This document shows positions 57,373 through 64,000 of a DNA stretch of 64,000 bases, one piece after another. The position numbers and the translations under genes were made by a program. Positions within the stretch are counted from its first letter, which is position 1. Each line of letters starts with the position of its first letter. The DNA comes from Panacagrimonas sp. (GTDB lineage: Bacteria; Pseudomonadota; Gammaproteobacteria; Nevskiales; Nevskiaceae), in NCBI GenBank assembly GCA_041635265.1, contig JBFJJV010000001.1, forward strand, positions 1,318 to 65,317, read 5' to 3'. The notes beneath the pieces are model-generated. The model did not search any database. It was not told the DNA's origin and worked only from the letters and a program-made list of their open reading frames with translations.

Positions 57373-59166
57373 CTAGTAGACACGTTTCTTGGGAGGAATC
57401 ACGTCTACATCATCATCCAGCGTGTTCATATGAACCGGCCGGAAATCGATGCGCACCTCTTTATCCGAGTCGCGCCATGCCAGCGTGTGTTTCTGCCATT
57501 GTTTGTCGTCGCGATCCTTGATGTCATCGCGTGCGTGAGCCCCGCGAGATTCTTTGCGGTTCTCCGCGCAGACGATAGTGGTCAGTGCCTGCCCCAGCAG
57601 ATTGTCGAGTTCCAGAGACTCCATGAGGTCGGAGTTCCAGATCATCGATCGATCAGCCAGCGAAAGGTCATTGGCAAAGCTGTCCACCACACCCTTGATC
57701 TTGGTCACACCCTCGGCCATGGTCGGCCCGTCGCGGAAGACCGCGCAGTGCTTCTGCATGGTCTTCTGCATATCGAGCCGCAGTTCGGCAGTCGATTTGC
57801 TACCTTTTGCATTGCGCACACGGTCCAGTCTGGACAGACAGGCTTCTTCAGATGTGTCGGGAATCTTCTTGTGTGCTGTGCCGGCCTTGATCAGTCCTGA
57901 AGTACGGATGGCTGCAGCCCGTCCGAACACCACCAGATCCAGCAGTGAGTTGGAACCCAGACGATTGGCACCATGGACGGATACACAGGCGGCTTCACCA
58001 ACGGCCATCAAACCAGGCACCACGCTATCGGCGTTGCCATTCTTGAGAGTTACTACTTCTCCCGAATAAAGCGTGGGAATGCCGCCCATGTTGTAGTGCA
58101 CCGTCGGCACGACCGGAATTGGCTCCTTGGTGACGTCGACCCCGGCAAATATCTTGGCACTTTCGGAGATGCCCGGCAGGCGTGCGTGCAGCAGTTCCGG
58201 TTCAAGGTGTTCGAGATGCAGATGAATATGATCACCTTCCTCGCCGACGCCGCGGCCTTCGCGAATTTCGGTCGCCATTGAGCGGCTGACCATGTCACGC
58301 GGTGCCAAGTCCTTCACACTCGGCGCGTATCGCTCCATGAAGCGCTCGCCGTCTTTATTTGTCAGGTAGCCGCCCTCCCCTCTGGCGCCCTCGGTAATCA
58401 AACAGCCTGAGCCGTAGATCCCGGTCGGATGGAACTGCACAAACTCCATGTCCTGCAGCGGCAGGCCGGCACGTTGGACCATGGCATTGCCATCACCCGT
58501 GCAGGTATGTGCGGACGTGGCGGAGAAGTAGGCCCGGCCGTAACCGCCCGTGGCCAGAATCACCATCTGCGCGCGGAAACGATGCAACTGCCCTGTAGAA
58601 AGGTCCCAGGCCATGACGCCACGGCAGCTGCCGTCCTCGTCCATCAAAAGATCTAGCGCAAAATATTCAATAAAAAACTGCGCTTTGCACTTCAGGCTCT
58701 GCTGATAGAGCGTGTGCAGCATGGCGTGACCGGTGCGGTCTGCCGCGGCACAGGTTCGCTGCGCCGGCGGACCTTCACCGAATTCGGTGGTCATCCCGCC
58801 AAAGGGGCGCTGATAAATCTTCCCTTCCGCGGTGCGCGAGAACGGAACGCCGTAATGTTCAAGCTCGATGATCGCGGGGATCGCCTCACGCGTCATGTAC
58901 TGGATGGCGTCCTGATCACCCAGCCAGTCAGACCCTTTTACGGTGTCATAAAAATGCCAGCGCCAGTCGTCCTTGCCCATATTGCCCAGGGCCCCAGAGA
59001 TGCCGCCCTGCGCTGCGACCGTGTGCGAACGCGTTGGAAACACCTTGGTGATATTGGCGGTCTTGAGGCCGGATTCAGCCAGACCCAGAGTGGCTCGCAG
59101 GCCCGCGCCACCGGCGCCGACCACGACCACGTCGTATTCGTGATGAATGATTTCGTAGGCAGACAT
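57373..59166 (-). CDS. sdhA: succinate dehydrogenase flavoprotein subunit
   Basis: FAD-binding [12 protein letters not shown] and the covalent-FAD His context [10 protein letters not shown]. 597 aa. Confidence 0.96.
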   Translation of the reverse strand: MSAYEIIHHEYDVVVVGAGGAGLRATLGLAESGLKTANITKVFPTRSHTVAAQGGISGALGNMGKDDWRWHFYDTVKGSDWLGDQDAIQYMTREAIPAIIELEHYGVPFSRTAEGKIYQRPFGGMTTEFGEGPPAQRTCAAADRTGHAMLHTLYQQSLKCKAQFFIEYFALDLLMDEDGSCRGVMAWDLSTGQLHRFRAQMVILATGGYGRAYFSATSAHTCTGDGNAMVQRAGLPLQDMEFVQFHPTGIYGSGCLITEGARGEGGYLTNKDGERFMERYAPSVKDLAPRDMVSRSMATEIREGRGVGEEGDHIHLHLEHLEPELLHARLPGISESAKIFAGVDVTKEPIPVVPTVHYNMGGIPTLYSGEVVTLKNGNADSVVPGLMAVGEAACVSVHGANRLGSNSLLDLVVFGRAAAIRTSGLIKAGTAHKKIPDTSEEACLSRLDRVRNAKGSKSTAELRLDMQKTMQKHCAVFRDGPTMAEGVTKIKGVVDSFANDLSLADRSMIWNSDLMESLELDNLLGQALTTIVCAENRKESRGAHARDDIKDRDDKQWQKHTLAWRDSDKEVRIDFRPVHMNTLDDDVDVIPPKKRVY

Positions 59167-59167
59167 A

Positions 59168-59545
59168 TCAGCTCAGCGCTATTTTGAGCACTGCAAAAAT
59201 GCTCGCAGCGGCAACAATGAAGTGGAAAAACTTGGAGGCCAGCAGCGCCGTAATCTTGAGCGCCTCACTGCCGATGTAATCTTCAATCACTACCTGAACC
59301 CCCAGCATGGAGTGATACAAGGCAGTTGCAATAAACAGAATCAGCGTGACCGAGACAGCAGGGTAACTCACCCACCAGCTCACTTGCTCGAAGCTGGCGC
59401 CGGGCAGGCTGGCAATACTGAAAACAAACCAGAGACTCAGTGGAACCAGCGCAACGGCGGAAATTCGCTGCACCCAAAAATGATGGGTGCCGTCTTTGGC
59501 GGAACCCAGACCACGTGCCTGGCTCAGAGGGGATCGAAGACTCAT
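59168..59545 (-). CDS. sdhD: succinate dehydrogenase membrane anchor subunit
   Basis: 125 aa with 3 TM helices. It sits immediately upstream of sdhA, with a 1-nt gap. Confidence 0.85.
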   Translation of the reverse strand: MSLRSPLSQARGLGSAKDGTHHFWVQRISAVALVPLSLWFVFSIASLPGASFEQVSWWVSYPAVSVTLILFIATALYHSMLGVQVVIEDYIGSEALKITALLASKFFHFIVAAASIFAVLKIALS

Positions 59546-59563
59546 ATCAATTTTCTCTATCGA

Positions 59564-59968
59564 TTAATTGGTGCAGGCCAGTAGCCAGACCGCGACCGTC
59601 AACAGTGCAGAAACAGCCAGTACGGCATATCCCGATTTGTAGGCCGCCTCGATTTCGAGGCCCTTGCCGATATCCCAGAACAGATGGCGAATGCCATTGC
59701 AGAGGTGATAGAGCAGCGCCCAGCTGAATCCGAACAGAATCACCAGCCCATACCAGGCCGAGACGTGGGCCGCATAGCTGGCATAGCACTCAGGACCGCC
59801 AGCTATGGCAATCAGCCATCCCGCCAACAGCAAAGTACCTGCACTTAACACCATGCCGGTCAGTCGATGCGTTATTGAAAGCATCGATGTCAGCTGGGGC
59901 TTGTAATACGGCCCGATCATGAAAGGCGATAGCGGCCGATTGTTCGGCGGCGATTTGGGTGAGCTCAT
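59564..59968 (-). CDS. sdhC: succinate dehydrogenase cytochrome b556 subunit
   Basis: 134 aa with the SITHRLTG heme-ligand motif and 3 TM helices. Confidence 0.88.
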   Translation of the reverse strand: MSSPKSPPNNRPLSPFMIGPYYKPQLTSMLSITHRLTGMVLSAGTLLLAGWLIAIAGGPECYASYAAHVSAWYGLVILFGFSWALLYHLCNGIRHLFWDIGKGLEIEAAYKSGYAVLAVSALLTVAVWLLACTN

Positions 59969-60031
59969 TTTTCTACCTTCGATTGCGCGCCTGTCGAAAT
60001 GACGACGCGGACCACGTGGGGTTTACAGGGG

Positions 60032-60262
60032 CTAAAAATCGATGCAGCGACCATCTTTTTCCCAATCGCCGTAGCGCGTGGGGTCCATTCCGTTCTTGCG
60101 ACCTCCAAACTCCTTGGGTTGGCCGTCATCTGCGGTGGCGACCACAGTGTCGCCCGCTGCTACTTCAGTCTGACCGTCATTAGCCAGCAACTCGCTCAAG
60201 GCAATGGCATCAGACGCTTTCGGGCGATACCGTTTTACCGTGTCATCAGAACTTTCAGACAT
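60032..60262 (-). CDS. DUF1674 / SDHAF4-like small protein
   Basis: 76 aa ending PKEFGGRKNGMDPTRYGDWEKDGRCIDF, the DUF1674 signature. It lies 63 nt upstream of sdhC on the same strand. The longer ORF to 60397 was rejected. Confidence 0.75.
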   Translation of the reverse strand: MSESSDDTVKRYRPKASDAIALSELLANDGQTEVAAGDTVVATADDGQPKEFGGRKNGMDPTRYGDWEKDGRCIDF

Positions 60263-60335
60263 TCTTGAGATAGCGCATATTCTTGGGAAGCAGCCTCCTA
60301 TTTTCGCAATATTGGCGCTCAGCCCGCAACGAACA

Positions 60336-61289
60336 ATGGAAACTTTGTCGCAAGTGAACAAGGCAGAATCAGAGAAAATCAGGCCGATTCGACTCAAATC
60401 GTGGGCTGCGCTCAGGGTTTCGGGCGAAGATGCCGAGTCCTTTCTTCAGGGACAAATCAGCGCTGACGTGCGCAAGCTGGCCCCTGATCGCGCAGTTCTC
60501 AGCAGTTACAACAGCCCGAAAGGTCGGGTTCTGGCCGTTCTTCTCATCACCAGGGAGGAAGCAGGCAACTACCTGCTGTGGTTGCCGGATTCGATTCTGG
60601 ACCCCGTCCACAGACGGCTGCGCATGTTTGTTCTGAGATCAAAAGTACGCCTTGAACGCGCGGAACTCCTTGCCGCCGGGCTTATCGGCGCCTCCGCCGC
60701 GACTTGGTTGCGCGATCGCGAATTGGCACAACCGGCACGTCAGCTTATGGTCTCTGTAACCAATGGCATCACGCTTATTCGTTCTGCCGGTAGTGAGCCC
60801 CGATATTTTGTTTATGGACCCGATCAATCATTCAAGAATATCGAGTGCGAGGAAGATGTCGCACAAACATGGCGGCGCGCTGAAATTCTGGCAGGGGTTC
60901 CCCTGGTCGGGCCTGATACACAGGACCGATGGGTTGCGCAGATGATGAATCTGGATCAATGGCCTGGGGGCATCAGCTTTGACAAGGGCTGCTACACGGG
61001 TCAGGAAGTGATTGCCCGCCTGCACTACCTCGGCAAGCTCAAGAAACGCATGTTTCTGCTCCGCGGACAGGGCGAAGCGCCGACCGTAGGTAGCAGCATT
61101 CAAGATGCGCAAGGTGATGCGCAGTCTGTTGGCGAAATCGTAGATGCTTGCAGCGACGCGCACGGCACCGGCTTTATCGCCTGCGCCGTGCTGCAAGTAG
61201 CGGTTTCTAATTCAGAATCACTGCAACTCAGACGCGACGCTGACGCCGCCCTTGCCAAGCCAGAAGCTTATGACTACTCGGTTCTGTAG
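60336..61289 (+). CDS. ygfZ: folate-binding Fe-S cluster repair / tRNA-modification protein YgfZ
   Basis: Has the signature [24 protein letters not shown] and a GcvT-like fold. Start at ATG 60336. Confidence 0.85.
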   Translation: METLSQVNKAESEKIRPIRLKSWAALRVSGEDAESFLQGQISADVRKLAPDRAVLSSYNSPKGRVLAVLLITREEAGNYLLWLPDSILDPVHRRLRMFVLRSKVRLERAELLAAGLIGASAATWLRDRELAQPARQLMVSVTNGITLIRSAGSEPRYFVYGPDQSFKNIECEEDVAQTWRRAEILAGVPLVGPDTQDRWVAQMMNLDQWPGGISFDKGCYTGQEVIARLHYLGKLKKRMFLLRGQGEAPTVGSSIQDAQGDAQSVGEIVDACSDAHGTGFIACAVLQVAVSNSESLQLRRDADAALAKPEAYDYSVL

Positions 61290-62740
61290 TTAGGCGCTTC
61301 TTTGGTAATACTGACGTCGTGGACGTGGCTTTCTTTCATGCCGGCACCGGTAATCTTGACGAAGCGTGTCTTTGTCCGCAGTTCCTCGATACTGGCACAG
61401 CCGGTATAACCCATGGACGCACGCAAGCCGCCCAGCATCTGGTGGATGATGGCAGCCATCGGCCCCTTGTAAGGCACGCGGCCCTCTACCCCTTCAGGAA
61501 CCAGCTTTTCCACTTCACTGGTCGTGTCTTGGAAATAGCGGTCTTTCGACCCCTGCGCCTGTGACATGGCCCCCAGCGAGCCCATGCCGCGATAGGACTT
61601 GTAGGAACGCCCCTGATAGAGCTCAACTTCGCCAGGCGCCTCTTCGGTACCGGCCAGAATGGAGCCAACCATCACCGCGTGCGCTCCCGCAGCAAGCGCT
61701 TTGGCAAAATCTCCGGAGAAACGCACGCCACCATCGCCGATGAGCGGCACATTGCGGCTCTTGAGCGCTTCAGCCACGGACATGATGGCACTGATCTGCG
61801 GCACGCCAACGCCTGCGACCACGCGCGTCGTGCAGATAGAGCCCGGTCCAATGCCGACCTTCACGGCGTCTGCGCCCGCATCGGCCAGTGCTAATGCTGC
61901 CTCAGCCGAAGCGATATTGCCGCCGATGATCTGCAGGTCTGGATACTGGCGCTTGAGGCTGGCGACGCGATCAATCACGCCCTTCGAGTGACCGTGAGCA
62001 GTGTCGACGACAATCACATCGACACCTGCGGCGACCAGACCTGAAACCCGCTCCTCGGTCTCCGGTCCGGTGCCGACCGCGGCACCGACACGCAGGCTGC
62101 CGCGTTCATCCTTGCACGCCAGCGGATGATCCGTGGACTTCTGAATATCCTTGACCGTAATCATTCCGCGCAATTGAAAACGGTCATTGATGACCAACAC
62201 CTTCTCGATCCGGTGCTGGTGCAACTTGGCTACGACTTCTTCGCGCGATGCCCCCTCCTTCACCGTGATCAGACGCTCCTTGGGCGTCATGACCTGGCTG
62301 ACCGGCTCGCTATAGCGCGTCTCGAAACGAAGATCTCGGCTGGTCACGATACCGACCAGCAGATCACCATCAACCACCGGCACGCCGGAAATATGATTGG
62401 ATCGGGTCAGCTCGATGACCTCTCCAATCGTGATGTTGGGCGGCACGGTAATGGGGTCGGCGATCACGCCCGATTCGTACTTCTTGACCGCGCGCACTTC
62501 GGCCGCCTGCCGTTCCGCGGTCATGTTCTTGTGCACGATTCCCATCCCGCCTTCCTGCGCAAGCGCAATGGCGAGCTGGTGCTCGGTCACCGTGTCCATT
62601 GCCGCGGACAGCAGTGGAATATTTAAAGTAATTCGCGAAGTTAGCCGCGTCGTCAGACTGACCTGACGCGGAAGGACTTCTGAATAGGCCGGCTGCAAAA
62701 GGACGTCGTCAAACGTCAGGGCCTCGGTTTCGATACGCAT
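61274..62740 (-). CDS. guaB: IMP dehydrogenase
   Basis: [17 protein letters not shown], a CBS pair and the catalytic [15 protein letters not shown] lies 8 nt before ATG 62740. Confidence 0.96.
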   Translation of the reverse strand: MRIETEALTFDDVLLQPAYSEVLPRQVSLTTRLTSRITLNIPLLSAAMDTVTEHQLAIALAQEGGMGIVHKNMTAERQAAEVRAVKKYESGVIADPITVPPNITIGEVIELTRSNHISGVPVVDGDLLVGIVTSRDLRFETRYSEPVSQVMTPKERLITVKEGASREEVVAKLHQHRIEKVLVINDRFQLRGMITVKDIQKSTDHPLACKDERGSLRVGAAVGTGPETEERVSGLVAAGVDVIVVDTAHGHSKGVIDRVASLKRQYPDLQIIGGNIASAEAALALADAGADAVKVGIGPGSICTTRVVAGVGVPQISAIMSVAEALKSRNVPLIGDGGVRFSGDFAKALAAGAHAVMVGSILAGTEEAPGEVELYQGRSYKSYRGMGSLGAMSQAQGSKDRYFQDTTSEVEKLVPEGVEGRVPYKGPMAAIIHQMLGGLRASMGYTGCASIEELRTKTRFVKITGAGMKESHVHDVSITKEAPNYRTE

Positions 62741-62814
62741 GAAGGGCTCCGTCAAGCGACTATTATAGAGATGACGCTCCTGGAACCCGAGAATTATTTG
62801 TGATTCAAAGTGGC

Positions 62815-64000
62815 ATGCGCACCATCTACGCTGTATCCGAACTGGCGGACACCTTGCGCGCTCTGGTGGAAGACAGTCTTCCGCGCGTGTGGGTGGAGGG
62901 GGAGATCTCCAATTTGAGTCGCCCCGCCTCCGGTCACTGGTACTTCACCATCAAGGACAGCAAGGCGCAGATGCGCTGTGCCATGTTTCGAGGTGCCAAT
63001 CGCCTGGTGGCACCCACTCCGGCCAATGGCGACCGCGTTGTGCTGCGCGCTTCGGTCAGTTTCTATACCGCACGGGGCGACCTGCAGCTGATCTGTGAGC
63101 ACATGGAGCCGGCGGGCGAAGGCGCGCTGCTGCGCGCCTTCGAGGAGCTGAAGAAGCGCCTGTCCGCAGAAGGCCTGTTTGATGAGGCCCACAAGCGCGC
63201 ATTGCCACCCATGCCGCGGCGTATCGGCCTGATCACTTCGGCCACCGGCGCTGCAATCCAAGACGTCACTGCCGCCTTGGCGAGACGTTTTCCGCTGGCT
63301 AAAGCATTTCTGTGGCCAGTTGCGGTGCAGGGTGAGACAGCCGCGCCTGCCATCGTCAAAGCATTGAAAAACTTGCCCAGACACGTTCCTGTCGATCTGA
63401 TTCTGCTGGTTCGCGGCGGTGGTTCTTTGGAGGACTTGCGGGCCTTCAACGAAGAAACCGTGGCGCGCGCCATCCGCGCCTGCGCGGTCCCCGTGATTTG
63501 CGGCGTCGGCCATGAGATCGACACCACGATTGCCGACTACGCCGCTGATCTGCGCGCACCGACGCCGACAGCAGCCGCTGAATTGGCGAGCCCCGATCAG
63601 GACCAGATCAGGCGGCAGCTCGACGCGCTCGAGGCTGAGCTCGCGGAGGCCATGGACGAATCACTGGAGTCGCGACGCGACGCGCTGACGCGCCTCGTGG
63701 CGCGACTTCAGCTCCTTCACCCCAGGCGAGTGATTCAGGACCGGGCACAAGGTCTAGACGATGCCTCGACGCGGATGACTCTTGCAATGCAACGGCGCCT
63801 ACACAGCCATGCGGCGGAATTGCGCGCCCTCAGCGCGCGCGCTTCGGCGCAACATCCGCTGAATCATCTAAAATTCCTGCGGCAGCAATTGGAAAATCTA
63901 TCGTCGCGCGCGGCCCAGGCACAGAACAAGCTGATGCAGGATTGTCGGCATCAGCTCGCGCACACGCAGGCCGTGCTCAATAGCCTGAGCCCCACCGACG
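62815..64000 (+). CDS. xseA: exodeoxyribonuclease VII large subunit (partial, runs off the window)
   Basis: My own translation of the frame beginning at ATG 62815 gives [60 protein letters not shown], which is the XseA OB-fold. It stays open to position 64000. It is absent from the ORF track because no stop lies inside the window. An in-frame GTG at 62800 is also possible. Confidence 0.85.
   Translation, partial: MRTIYAVSELADTLRALVEDSLPRVWVEGEISNLSRPASGHWYFTIKDSKAQMRCAMFRGANRLVAPTPANGDRVVLRASVSFYTARGDLQLICEHMEPAGEGALLRAFEELKKRLSAEGLFDEAHKRALPPMPRRIGLITSATGAAIQDVTAALARRFPLAKAFLWPVAVQGETAAPAIVKALKNLPRHVPVDLILLVRGGGSLEDLRAFNEETVARAIRACAVPVICGVGHEIDTTIADYAADLRAPTPTAAAELASPDQDQIRRQLDALEAELAEAMDESLESRRDALTRLVARLQLLHPRRVIQDRAQGLDDASTRMTLAMQRRLHSHAAELRALSARASAQHPLNHLKFLRQQLENLSSRAAQAQNKLMQDCRHQLAHTQAVLNSLSPTD

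Noticed and set aside
61274-61289. 16-bp overlap of the convergent 3' ends of ygfZ and guaB.
   Set aside because: The overlap is real in the sequence but a common, trivial consequence of compact gene packing. No hairpin or regulatory signal is visible.
62794-63527. 239-aa and 154-aa minus-strand ORFs at the right end of the window.
   Set aside because: They are antisense to an open + strand frame that encodes a clear XseA OB-fold N-terminus. The track omits that frame only because it has no stop within the window.
1-64000. Scan for tRNA/rRNA/tmRNA, CRISPR arrays, IS elements, integrases, toxin-antitoxin pairs and known defence genes.
   Set aside because: I found no T-loop-type GGTTCGA motifs in intergenic DNA and no regularly spaced repeats. 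I also found no transposase or recombinase signatures. Apart from the 493-bp region, all intergenic gaps are under about 310 bp (most under 100 bp). This was a by-eye scan, so short or degenerate elements could have been missed.

Overview
Gene-dense 64-kb chromosomal segment with about 58 CDS, moderately GC-rich by eye (not computed). Local gene order is typical of a Gammaproteobacterium: rhlB next to trxA-rho, xseA next to guaB, and sdhCDAB. I recognised no rRNA, tRNA, CRISPR array, transposase, integrase or phage gene, so this looks like core chromosome rather than a mobile island.

Contents from left to right:
- prkA-yeaH-spoVR starvation operon, then mgtE and an APH-like kinase.
- pmbA, mpl and rnd.
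- A lipid-related pair: a FATP-like acyl-CoA synthetase and a lipase-like hydrolase.
- A large PAS-GGDEF-EAL membrane protein lying back-to-back with a complete Tad/Flp pilus locus (flp, tadE, rcpC, rcpA, tadZ, tadA, tadB, tadC, tadD, a small secreted protein, and a convergent tadG-like gene).
- apaH, then an RND (HAE3-like) transporter with a Ycf48-like BNR protein.
- pgeF, rhlB, trxA, rho, then purD, a LuxR solo, and purC.
- A six-gene nucleotide-sugar/glycosyltransferase cluster.
- A phasin-like gene, yihY, and a fadL-like/tetR pair.
- A spermidine-synthase-like gene.
- An sdh operon with two extra genes, then ygfZ, guaB and a partial xseA.

I did not find a convincing classic defence or mobile system. 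The observations most worth a second look are:
1. A doubly degenerate GGDEF-EAL protein with an intact I-site next to the Tad locus.
2. A Tad locus with no prepilin peptidase, and an uncharacterised secreted protein translationally coupled to tadD.
3. A Rho factor with an Arg/Gly-rich N-terminal extension of about 100 aa.
4. An orphan cluster mixing CDP- and UDP-sugar enzymes with no export genes.
5. An sdh operon interrupted by a membrane-anchored protein gene and preceded by an SDHAF4-like gene.
6. Several directly visible repeat or operator elements.

All family assignments come from motif recognition by eye. No database search was possible.
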